A program made the position numbers and the translations under genes. From Ostreococcus lucimarinus (lineage: Eukaryota), in assembly GCA_000092065.1 (NCBI GenBank), contig CP000587.1: a stretch of DNA of 64,000 nt; one strand, given 5' to 3'. Shown here in pieces: positions 19,968 to 29,387 of this stretch. Every line of letters begins with the position of its first letter. The stretch's first letter is position 1. The notes below the pieces were generated by a model, which worked only from the letters and a program-made list of their open reading frames with translations, searched no databases and was not told the origin of the DNA.

Positions 19968-20224
19968 CTCGAGACCCCGCGCCGAACGCGCGACGCGACG
20001 CACTGCGGACGACAGCCCCGCGCGCGCGCCGACCGACCGACGACTGGGCGACGCGGGATCGTCCTGGGGTTCATCCTGGGGTTCAGGCTGAATCCTCGAT
20101 TATTTTTAGCGATCGTCGAGACGCCCTCTCGTCGCGCATTGAAGGATGCGAATGCGCCGTGATGTGTCCCCTCCGCGCGCGACCGCGACCGCGACGCCAC
20201 ACGGCGACGCGCGACGTCACGCGC

Positions 20225-20263
20225 GATTGATTTGATTTGATTTGGATTGGATTCGATTCATCG
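20225..20263 (+). promoter_or_regulatory. (GATTG/GATTTG)n tract immediately upstream of the start codon
   Basis: gattgatttgatttgatttggattggattcgattcatcg|ATG read directly. The same motif class recurs upstream of at least seven other genes (see findings). Confidence 0.5.
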
Positions 20264-21214
20264 ATGGCGATCGCGGCGCGGCGAACGGCGTTCGCGGGCG
20301 CGAGCGCGAAGACGGGGAGAGACGCGCGAACGACGCGAACGACGCGACGCGCGGTGCGGCGAACGACGACGCGCGCGAGCGCGGACATCATGGATGAAGT
20401 CGGAACGCTGACGGTGTCGGACGACCAACTGAAGCGCGAGCGATACGTGGCGAGCAATCGATTTCGGGTGCAGGAGGGGAAGGGACCGGCGTTTGAAAAG
20501 CGATGGGCCGAACGACCGAGCCGATTGGCCAAGCTGCCGGGATTTAGGTACTTCACGCTGATGCGACGAGTGGAACCGCCGAGCGACGTCGCGACGACGT
20601 ACGACGAAGACGAGGCAAACTACGTGAGTTTTACGATCTGGGAGACCAAGGATGGGTTCGATGGTTGGCGCAAGGGTGACGCGTTTAAGGAAGCGCACGG
20701 GGGTGGTACGATTTTTGGGTTCATGTCCATGTTGGTGAGCTCGCTTATGATTTTGAAGGGCGGGCCGAAGCCGGCGTTTTACGACGGGTTGTTGTCGCTC
20801 TCCGCGGCGCCGTCGGAGAACTCGAGAAAGTGGCAAGCCGAAGACGGATGGCGACAAATCCCCGCTGACGGTAAGAATCCAATCGATGCCGACGTGTTCG
20901 TGGCGATGAATCGTTTCAAGGTTCGCCCGGGCAAAGAGGCGGCTTTCGAGAAACAGTGGGCCGAGCGCGAGTCCGAGCTTAAAGAGATGCCAGGTTTCAC
21001 GACGTTTTTACTCTTGCGTCGCGATGCGGTGACGCCGGACGATGGGTACAACTACTCGACGTACACGGTGTGGGAAAATCGCGCGGCGTTCGATAACTGG
21101 CGCGCGACGAAGAAGAAGCCGGCGGCGCGCGAGGGAGAACCTCTCTTTGAAGGCGCGCCGAAGCCAGTGTTTTACGAGGGCGTTCTAGCACTTCTCGACG
21201 CCGCGGGGGCTTAG
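20264..21214 (+). CDS. Protein with two tandem ABM / stress-responsive (Dabb) alpha+beta-barrel domains and an R/T-rich N-terminal presequence
   Basis: Two internal repeats: ..VASNRFRVQEGKGPAFEKRWAERPSRLAKLPGFRYFTLMRR.. and ..VAMNRFKVRPGKEAAFEKQWAERESELKEMPGFTTFLLLRR... Each is followed by a Y..FT.WE..(D/A)F..W block. The ATG at 20264 was checked. Confidence 0.6.
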   Translation: MAIAARRTAFAGASAKTGRDARTTRTTRRAVRRTTTRASADIMDEVGTLTVSDDQLKRERYVASNRFRVQEGKGPAFEKRWAERPSRLAKLPGFRYFTLMRRVEPPSDVATTYDEDEANYVSFTIWETKDGFDGWRKGDAFKEAHGGGTIFGFMSMLVSSLMILKGGPKPAFYDGLLSLSAAPSENSRKWQAEDGWRQIPADGKNPIDADVFVAMNRFKVRPGKEAAFEKQWAERESELKEMPGFTTFLLLRRDAVTPDDGYNYSTYTVWENRAAFDNWRATKKKPAAREGEPLFEGAPKPVFYEGVLALLDAAGA

Positions 21215-21266
21215 AACTGCTGCTACTACTACTATTTTTAAAGAATGCGCTTTGCTACGTCTAAAA

Positions 21267-24200
21267 CTAAAGCTTGATCGCGTAAAGCAAATCCTCGACG
21301 TCCCGCGTGGACGCCGAGCCAATATCGAGCTTGGCTTGGAGCACGCGTTCGATGTATCCGTACGCTTCCTCAAACGCGCTCGATAACCTCATCGCGTCTT
21401 CTTCCGATACCGCCCCGTCACCTGCTTGACACGCCGCGTACTCGCACGCCACGGCGAGTATGGTTCGGATTTGTTCCGCCACCAAAGTCCACGTGGGATC
21501 CGGGGAAACCAAACACCTCTTCGTGGCGTCCTGTAAAAACTCGTCGTGCGCCGCGCGAATGGCTTCGAGCGTCATGGCGTCATCGATTTTCTTCATCAAG
21601 ACGTCCCAGTCGACGTGCAAAATTCGTACGATGACGTGATCGCGGAGAGACGTGATAAAGTGTCGCAATCGAGGCTCGAGATGACGAGCTTTTGCGCCAC
21701 CCATACCGCTCCCTCGAGCGCAACGAATGTGCTCCGACCACCGCGCCGTCGCAACGGACTGCATCGCGGTGTGCGCGCGGCGAAGTTGTCCGAGAAACAC
21801 AGCCACTGCGTTGTATTGTGCCATCGTACTTGGAGGAATGACGATATTGTGCGGCCACTTAACGTCGAAACTATATCGAAGAGAGGCAATCTTTTCCAGA
21901 GCTCCGGTGCCGATGACGACGCGCGAAAAAATATTTTCTTCCGCCTCGGGGATGATTTCAACTTGCACACCTCGACATTCGGGGAATTCACCCGAGTTGT
22001 CAGCCGCGAACGCATCACTAAGTAATTCGTTCAGCGTCGTACTATTCCACTTGGCGTTGATCTTATCCGGGTCGTCAAGAATGCCGAAGATGGCTGAAAA
22101 GAAGTGCATCGCCGCGTCGCCAGCGCCGCCAAGGAAGACGGCGCGCAGTGCGTAGAGCTCCTTCTTAATGTCCAAGCTATCTCGTAACGACCTTGATAAG
22201 ACCACTTGGACCTCTTTAGCACGCTTGAGAATGTGCACACCGATGGACTGCTGGACGGCGAGACTGATTGGGCAAGAGGGAACTTGTGTCGTCAAAAATT
22301 CATCGAGCCAAGCGTTGAGCGTTGAGGCGCTTCCTTGGAGCGCCGTCTTCGATCGAACTCGACGTGTCGGAACGATACGAGTCGGTCGAGATAAAATCAT
22401 GTCTCGCACCACGTCTGTGTTCACATTTCTGATACCGACAAGCGAAGTGGGAGTTTCGAAGATGTTGTTCAGCCCGCTCGTGTTGACTTTGACACCATCG
22501 ACGAGTGCTCTCGCACGCTCACTAGCGTCGTCGCCACCGAAGGTCTCAGGCGAGGCGTGTATGGCGCTCAAATGCTTGCGTAAATGGAAACAAAACGAAT
22601 CGATCAAGTGTACGTCCAAGGTTGGTACTTTTTGAGACGTCTCGTTTTCAGTGTGATGCAACAACTCGAGCGAGCGACCGACGTCTAAAATATCCAACAT
22701 AAACTCCCGAAAGAAGCACGGCGTCTCAATGTCGTGGCGAAGGACGTGGCCGTGAAGCCAATGTTCTTTACTTCCGACGAAATCATCAATAGCTCGGCCT
22801 TTGGCGATGAATAACTCCTCAGCTGGATCGTCTAAGATCCCAAACGCGAGCCAGCGTTGCAAGCCTTGAAGGTACGGTTGAATTGTATCCACAAATATTG
22901 GCATCGTGACTGCGAAACCATGGATATTTGCAGTTGCTTGGTGTTCCACTGCGAGTTCATACACGGTTGTCAGACAATGACTCGCAGCTTCCGCAGCGGG
23001 CGTCCCTTCATGAGGAAACGCAGTCAGGGCGCAGCGCTCAAGCGCGTCGATTTTGGCTTCGAGCCGGCGGACAGTCGTTCTAAGCTCTAGTAGCGTAGGT
23101 TGGCCTCTTATCGTGGATTCACCAGCCAGACGCTTTTCAAGAGGAACGAGCGTACTCTTAATCCACTGCGCTCGGGAATCAAGCGCTTGAGTGAACGCCT
23201 GAATCGTCGGTCCGAGCGCCAAAGAAGTCTGTTTCATCTCTTTCAAGCGAGTCAGCACCGACGCCATACGACGAATTGAGATCAAAGCGCCATCGAGAGT
23301 CATGCAAGACACGTGAGGTAACGTGACACGATCTAGCTCCACGCTTCCACTACGAAGGGCGTGCAGAGCTTCTTGTACCAAGCTTGTTTCGCTCTGTAAA
23401 TTCTTCGCCGCAATCGAAGCGATTAATCTCTCGTCGCCTCGATGAACGTTGGAATCTCGCAGCACGCTCTGAAACTGTCTCGTCTGCGCGACTATTTCTG
23501 AAATATACTCTAACTCGGGTGCTGCTGAAGCCGTTTTGCCCAAATCTTTCGTCTCTGTCGAAGTCTCTGGAGGCACACAGTCTCCGAGTAAGCCGTCACG
23601 CCACGAAAATCCGGGATCGTCGCCCTCGCTCGCGTACCCCTCGACCAACCCATCATTGCCACCATCTCTACCATCCGATTGATCATCACTATCATCGTCT
23701 GACCATTCAGACAGCGTCGATGCACCACTCGCGTCGTGTTCGTCGTCGTACGCTTCGCCAAACGCGCCCGCCGCATCGCTCGCGTCCTCAAACGCGTACG
23801 CGTCCTCACTCGACAACGCATCGAACGCCCCGACGCTCACGGCACCCCCATCACTCATTTCATCCAATGTCGTCGTCATCGGTCGTCTCGACAACCGCAA
23901 CAGCATCAACGCCACCCGCGTCCCGACGTCTTCGTCCTCGCCGCCGCGCCACCGCTCCCGCAGCGCCTCCATCTTCCTCCCCAACGTCGCCGCCTTCGCG
24001 TCCTGCGCCATCGCCTCCATCCGTCGGCGTAATTCATCAATCTCTTCTCTCACCTCGTCCTCGCTCAGCGCCTTGTACGCGTGCACGCGCAGGTGATAAT
24101 CGCAATATCTTTTGCAGAGTTTAAAATTTCCAACCGCCGGGTCATCGTCTTCGTCGTCTCCGTCCTCCCCGGTCGGTCTGCGCGCGACGGCGACGTTTTG

Positions 24201-24269
24201 TTCGATCAAACGATCGACCAGCGCATCGATGCGTCGCGCCCGCGCGGCTTGCGCGGCGCTGCTCGCCAT
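21267..24269 (-). CDS. GCP: Gamma-tubulin complex component (GCP/Spc97-Spc98 family), 1000 aa
   Basis: GRIP1/GRIP2-type regions: ..LYALRAVFLGGAGDAAMHFFSAIFGILDD.. and ..HVDWDVLMKKIDDAMTLEAIRAAHDEFLQDATKRCLV... The ATG at 24269 was checked. Confidence 0.8.
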   Translation of the reverse strand: MASSAAQAARARRIDALVDRLIEQNVAVARRPTGEDGDDEDDDPAVGNFKLCKRYCDYHLRVHAYKALSEDEVREEIDELRRRMEAMAQDAKAATLGRKMEALRERWRGGEDEDVGTRVALMLLRLSRRPMTTTLDEMSDGGAVSVGAFDALSSEDAYAFEDASDAAGAFGEAYDDEHDASGASTLSEWSDDDSDDQSDGRDGGNDGLVEGYASEGDDPGFSWRDGLLGDCVPPETSTETKDLGKTASAAPELEYISEIVAQTRQFQSVLRDSNVHRGDERLIASIAAKNLQSETSLVQEALHALRSGSVELDRVTLPHVSCMTLDGALISIRRMASVLTRLKEMKQTSLALGPTIQAFTQALDSRAQWIKSTLVPLEKRLAGESTIRGQPTLLELRTTVRRLEAKIDALERCALTAFPHEGTPAAEAASHCLTTVYELAVEHQATANIHGFAVTMPIFVDTIQPYLQGLQRWLAFGILDDPAEELFIAKGRAIDDFVGSKEHWLHGHVLRHDIETPCFFREFMLDILDVGRSLELLHHTENETSQKVPTLDVHLIDSFCFHLRKHLSAIHASPETFGGDDASERARALVDGVKVNTSGLNNIFETPTSLVGIRNVNTDVVRDMILSRPTRIVPTRRVRSKTALQGSASTLNAWLDEFLTTQVPSCPISLAVQQSIGVHILKRAKEVQVVLSRSLRDSLDIKKELYALRAVFLGGAGDAAMHFFSAIFGILDDPDKINAKWNSTTLNELLSDAFAADNSGEFPECRGVQVEIIPEAEENIFSRVVIGTGALEKIASLRYSFDVKWPHNIVIPPSTMAQYNAVAVFLGQLRRAHTAMQSVATARWSEHIRCARGSGMGGAKARHLEPRLRHFITSLRDHVIVRILHVDWDVLMKKIDDAMTLEAIRAAHDEFLQDATKRCLVSPDPTWTLVAEQIRTILAVACEYAACQAGDGAVSEEDAMRLSSAFEEAYGYIERVLQAKLDIGSASTRDVEDLLYAIKL

Positions 24270-24397
24270 GGACGACGCGCGACGTCGTTGACCGACGCGT
24301 CGCGGTGTGCGCGCCCGAACCGCGGTCGCGTCGACACAGCGACGCGCGCGCGACGAGCGCGCGATCGACGACGACGACGGACGCGAGCGCGCGAACG

Positions 24398-25333
24398 ATG
24401 CGATCGTGTCGATCGCCCGCGGGCGACGCGGCGTGCGCGAGGACGTCGCGCGGGGCGCACGAACGCGCGCGAGTTGGACTTCGAGACGGCGCGAGACGAC
24501 GCTCTGACGCGCGCGCGCGCGCGCGAATCGACGTGCGGACGCGCGCGGTGGAGGACGAGGACGAGTTTGCGATATTTCGATTCACGCTCGGGATCCCAGG
24601 GTTCGACGACGAGGACATACCGCGCGCGGTGGGCGCGCTCGGGGCGCTCGGGCTTTGCGCGAACAGATTCGCCGCCGGTACCGATGGGGCGTCGGATGCG
24701 CTGGCGAGGAGTGAAATCGTGGGCGTTGGGCTGTGTTTGGCGTGCGCGCTGGCGCCTGAGCTCGGGCGAGCGCTGAAAGGTGACGAACGGGGGGGCGCGG
24801 CGAAGGGGAGGTCGAACGCGGATGTCGACGGCGCGAGTTCGGTGTTCGCGCTGAGCGAAGACGCGAGCGAGAGCGCCAAGGAGGACTGCGCGTGGGCGTC
24901 GTATGCGATTTTGACGAACACACTCGCGAGTGGGGTCGTTTTCGTGGATGGGCGAGGGAACGCGCGGCTCGCACGAGGGACGGTGCGCGGGCGGGACGAC
25001 GGCGCCCCAGACTCGAACAAAGCCGACGTCTTGGCGCGCGTCGGTCGGGCTTGGAGCGAGGTTTCATCGACGATTGGAACGGATAAAATCGCTTCGAGCG
25101 CGCCGCCGAGTGCGGAAGAAGAATATCACGCCAGTCGTTGGGAAATTGATCGCGCGGGCGCCAACGTTTGGGGCTTCCTTCCGCCCACCGCCGAAACCGT
25201 CTTCGCGCGTCGATCGCCCGAGAACGGCGGCGTGCTCATCGCTTGGAGCGATGCCTCGCGCGGCTTTAGCAAAAAGGATCGCTCTTGGCTCCAAGCCTTG
25301 GCGCGCAAGCTCGACCTCGCGTTCGCGTCTTAA
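24398..25333 (+). CDS. Hypothetical protein with an R-rich presequence-like N-terminus (organelle-targeted?), function unknown
   Basis: The track ORF starts at a GTG and the first ATG is at ~24398. The mid-region ..FRFTLGIPGFDDEDIPRAVGALGALGLCANRF.. is non-repetitive, but I recognise no family. Confidence 0.35.
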   Translation: MRSCRSPAGDAACARTSRGAHERARVGLRDGARRRSDARARARIDVRTRAVEDEDEFAIFRFTLGIPGFDDEDIPRAVGALGALGLCANRFAAGTDGASDALARSEIVGVGLCLACALAPELGRALKGDERGGAAKGRSNADVDGASSVFALSEDASESAKEDCAWASYAILTNTLASGVVFVDGRGNARLARGTVRGRDDGAPDSNKADVLARVGRAWSEVSSTIGTDKIASSAPPSAEEEYHASRWEIDRAGANVWGFLPPTAETVFARRSPENGGVLIAWSDASRGFSKKDRSWLQALARKLDLAFAS

Positions 25334-25642
25334 ATACTCGCGATATTTAAACACGTCTAGCCTAGCGGTGTGTTAGCGAGAGAAAACGCTCGAAAAATGC
25401 GTTATTTCGTGCGTCCCACGACGTCTTGTCGGTCAAAATCTTGCGCGCGCGAGCTCGGACGTTCGCACACCTCGACGCGAACGCGCACGAGCGTCCATCC
25501 CACGCCGTCGCGCACGAGGGTGCGGAGACGCGAGTACGAAGCGATCGACGCGCGTCCCGAACGCGCAAAGGGTGCGCCTCTTCGGTGAATCCACTCCAAT
25601 CCAACGCGACGACAAGTTCGAGACACGCGACGACGACGCTGA

Positions 25643-27244
25643 ATGGAGAGCGATTACGGCATCGTCGATGGGTTCGATGAACCTCCACACGCGTTCATCA
25701 AATCCTTGTTGTCCAAGCCGATCATCGTGCGCAAGCTCGCGGATAAATTCTTTGGAGGGGACAAGACGCGCGTGGAGGACGAGTACGAGGCGCTCACAGA
25801 GGAAGAATTGGACAAGTTTTTCATAAGCGAATTCGGTGGGGGAACGTTTCGAGCGGGACGAGAGTATTCATTCATCTTGTATGGCGCGAGTGGGTACACG
25901 GGGTCGCTGTGCTTGGAGTATATCCTTAAGACGGTGCAGAATCTCGGGAGCCGCGTGACGTTTGCGCTCGCGGGGCGAAACGAGGCGAAATTACGCAAGC
26001 GTTGGGCAGATGTGACGTCGAGATATCCGACGGAGTACGAACCCGGATTCATTACGTGCGACTTGGCAAATCCAGTAGCGATTCGTGAGATGGTTCTCCA
26101 GGCCAGAGTCGTGGTGAACATCGCCGGACCTTTCATGCTCACGCCCGCGGATATGTTGGTGCGCGTGTGCGCGACGTGACTTTTGCGCGAGCGCGTTGAG
26201 ACTACTATTTTCACGACGACTCGATGACTGACGGACAACCGCGTTTCCCTCAACTCGACGTAGGCCGAAGCTTGTATAGAGTACGATACGGATTACGTCG
26301 ACGTCAACGGCGAAGTACCGTTCACCAAGAAGCTCATCAAGTATCACGACTGGGCCAAGGCGAATAATGTTCTCGTCGTCCCAAACGCCGCGGGCGCCGG
26401 TGGCATTCCGGACGTCGGGTGCTTCTACACCGTTCGTGAGCTTCGCAAAAGAATCGGCAAGGATGTACCAGTGAGCAAGATGCACATGTATCTCTATGGT
26501 AGCGCCGGTGGGGCTCCATCTGGGGGGACGCTTGCGACTCGAGCCGCGATGACGGCGGCGATGAAGGACGTCGCCGGTTTGATGGCGAACCCGTTCGCGC
26601 TCGGAGGCTCAATCGAAGGCGGTAGCCGGCCCGAAGACGCCGATCGTAACTTGAGTCAAGTTGAGTATGACCCGGACTACGACGCGTGGAAAGCACCGTT
26701 CACGTACGCCTTCTATGAGACTCGCTTGATTCGTCGAGCGAATTGGCTCCTTCGTGATCTCGGACGGTTTCCGTACGGTCGCAACCTAAACTATCTCGAA
26801 CATCTCATCCTGCCGACGGAAAAATCGGCAAGAGATTTACAAAGCTCGAACACAAGCTCGAAGGCCGAGGAAGAGAAGCTGCGCAAGGAGGGTAGATTAT
26901 TCAAATTGGGCGAAGGTCTCGACGAGTCTGCGCGCGATTCCATTTGGTCTGAATACTGGTTCGACGCCGTCACGCCCGAAGGCGAAAAGATTCGTACTCG
27001 ATTGACCGGCAAGGATGGTTACGACGAAACCGCACACATGGCTATCGAACTCGCGATTCTGTGCTCGGAATATCGCGAAAAACTCCCTTTCAGGGGCGGC
27101 GTGCTCACCCCCGGTGTCGCCGGCGGCGACCCGTACATCGAAGCGCTTCACTCCACCGGTCTCAACTTCGAAGTCTTATCCAACGACGCCAAGGTTGATT
27201 TCTCGCGTCTCGCGAACGCAATCGTCGCGTCTTCCGCGGCATGA
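25643..27244 (+). CDS. SCCPDH: Saccharopine-dehydrogenase-like oxidoreductase (SCCPDH family), two exons, ~25643..26158 and ~26264..27244
   Basis: Exon 1 has YSFILYGASGYTGSLCLEYILKT...VTFALAGRNEAKL...VVVNIAGPF. A ~105-nt, in-frame-length intron (GTGCGC...GATGACTGACGG...GTAG) removes a stop. Exon 2 continues with the family-typical ...ACIEYDTDYVDVNGEVPFTKKLIKYHDWAKANNVLVVPNAAGAGGIPDVG... Confidence 0.75.
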
Positions 27245-27486
27245 TTTTATCTCTCTTTCATCGTTGTCCGCGCTCTCGAACGTAAATAATCAAGCACGAA
27301 CTAAACGCTCGCCGTCGCCGCCGAAACAGTTGCCAGAACGACTCACGACTCGACGCACTCGCCGACGCGAGTCCATGCACGTCGTCAGACTCGACGCCAT
27401 CGAACGAACGCGCATCCAACCTCACTTCGCACGCGCGTCGACGCCGTCGACACCACTCGCACGAGCCGCGCGCGCGCGCGCGAACA

Positions 27487-28238
27487 TGTCGACCTCGAGT
27501 GCTGTCCCGCTCACCCTGGCCACGTTCGACGTCGACGGCACGTTAATTCGCGCCTCTGGAGCCGACGCGAACAAGTTCCACAAAGACGCGTTCGCGCACG
27601 GGTTACTCGAGGTCTACGGCATCGACGACGCGCGCGGAATCGACGTGGTACAACATCACGGGTCGACGGACATGCTCATCGTCGCCGCGGTGGCGCGGTT
27701 TCACGGCGTGCCGGAGGAAGTGATTTACGAGCGCATGGATGAATGCACGGCGGCGATGTCAAGATACGCGGTGGAAAAGAAGGCAGACGCGGCGGAAGGC
27801 CTTGAGTTGTTGGTTGGCGTCAGAGCGCTTTTGGAAAAATTGGCCGCGAGGGACGACGTCGCCGTGTGTCTCGTCACCGGAAATCTGGAGCCCATAGGCT
27901 GGGCGAAGATGCAACGATTGGGGATCGACGAGTTCTTCACAGCTCCGCGGTATGGAGGTTTCGGGAGCGACCACACCGATCGAGGTGAGCTCGTTGCGAT
28001 TGCGGCGAACAGGACGAAGGAATATTTGGGCGTGCGCGCCGAAAAACGGTTTCATTTCGGCGACACGCCCGCGGACGTCAAGGCGGCTGAGTTCGCCGGG
28101 GCGACGGCGATCGGGCTGCTCACTGGAATATTTTCCAAAGAAGAGCTCGTGGCGAGCTCGAAATTAGACGATCCGATTATTTTTGACGATTTGAGCGACA
28201 CCGCGGCCGTCGTGCGCGCGCTCGGTCTCGAAGAGTAG
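27487..28238 (+). CDS. HAD-superfamily hydrolase
   Basis: Motif I LTLATFDVDGTLIRAS and motifs III/IV (..VCLVTGN.. and FHFGDTPADVKAAEFAG). The ATG at ~27487 (MSTSSAVPL) is the probable start. The upstream in-frame part of the track ORF overlaps the preceding gene. Confidence 0.6.
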
Positions 28239-28265
28239 CGCTATTATTTACAGAGTACAGTTTAG

Positions 28266-29000
28266 TTACATCGCAAACGCTGCAGCTAAAAGCGTGGATG
28301 CGACGACCACGACGCGCGGAGCGAGCGTCGCCCCCCCCGCGCTCGTCGTCGCCGTATTGTCTCGCACCAAACTCCACGCGTTCGTGTCGATATTAAACTC
28401 CCACACGTCATTCATACCGTTCCCTCCGAACACGAGACACGCCGCGCCCTGTTCCCCGTGCGGCGTCGTCGTCGCCGCCCCGCTTCGCCTCGGCGGTCTC
28501 GTCCCGCCCACCGGGGAAATCGCGCTCCACCGTCCCGCGGCGCGGTTAAACACCCACAAATCGTCGAAATCTCCCACCCCCCCCCCGTACCCTCCGAACA
28601 CGTACAGATTCCCGCGCAGCGCGCACGCGCTCGCCCCACTCCTCCCGCGCGGTTTCGCCCCCCCCCCCGTCCCTCCCTCGTGCAATCGCGTCCACATCCC
28701 GTCGTAAATCCCCGCGCTCGCGTTCCACCTCAAGTCGTACTCCCACACGTCGTTCGCGTCCCGTCCCGTCGCGAGCTCCCGTCCGCCGAACACCACCATC
28801 CGCGCGCTCGTCGTCGCCGTCGCCGCGAACGTCCCGCTCGCGCTCCCCGTCCGCCCCGTCGGCGTCGTCCCGAACCGCGTCGCGTCCTGGCTCGACACCC
28901 GCGGCGTCGTCGTCGTCGCGCGCGCGTCGTCGACGCGCGTCGCCGCGATCGCCAGCGCGACCGCCATCGCCAGCGCGCGCGCCGTCGCGAACCGCACCAT
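28266..29000 (-). CDS. Kelch-repeat (galactose-oxidase-type beta-propeller) protein with an N-terminal signal peptide and a hydrophobic C-terminal tail
   Basis: MVRFATARALAMAVALAIAATRV is signal-peptide-like, with ATG at ~29000. Repeated blocks of the ..VFGG....NDVWE(Y/F).. and ..LYVFGGYGG.. type are present. The C-terminus is ..VVVVASTLLAAAFAM*. Confidence 0.6.
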   Translation of the reverse strand: MVRFATARALAMAVALAIAATRVDDARATTTTPRVSSQDATRFGTTPTGRTGSASGTFAATATTSARMVVFGGRELATGRDANDVWEYDLRWNASAGIYDGMWTRLHEGGTGGGAKPRGRSGASACALRGNLYVFGGYGGGVGDFDDLWVFNRAAGRWSAISPVGGTRPPRRSGAATTTPHGEQGAACLVFGGNGMNDVWEFNIDTNAWSLVRDNTATTSAGGATLAPRVVVVASTLLAAAFAM

Positions 29001-29332
29001 CGCCGTCGACGCCGCGCGCGCGTCGCGTCGTCGCGTCGTCGCGTCGCGCGCGTCGACGGCCGCGGCGTCAACGGGCGCGGCGACCGACCGACCGACGGAC
29101 GGCCCGCGTTTTTGCGTTTTTACGTCGTCTCGAGACGCATTCGAGGGCTCGGAATCCCTAACGACGTCCAGGCGGTGCGGACGGTGCGGATGGATGTTTG
29201 ATGTGTGCGCACGCCACCAGATGCGCTTTCGAGCGCCCATTCGACCGATCGTGACTCGAGAACGACCCCGCACGCCGCGCGCGCGACGCGACAGGCTGTC
29301 TCGTAACGAGCGGGCCTAACGGCCGGGCGGCG

Positions 29333-29372
29333 CGATTGATTGATTTGATTGATTGATTGCGCGCGATTGCGA
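29333..29372 (+). promoter_or_regulatory. (GATTG)n / (GATTGCG)n tract upstream of the 6PGDH start codon
   Basis: gcgattgattgatttgattgattgattgcgcgcgattgcgattgcgcgacgcggccATG read directly. Confidence 0.5.
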
Positions 29373-29387
29373 TTGCGCGACGCGGCC

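Noticed and set aside
26159-26263. Alternative explanation of the SCCPDH split as two separate genes or a frameshift.
   Set aside because: Both halves match consecutive segments of saccharopine-dehydrogenase-like proteins. The gap is exactly a multiple of three (in-frame length) and is bounded by GTGCGC and (C)GTAG, with a GATGACTGACGG branch motif, like the other introns here.
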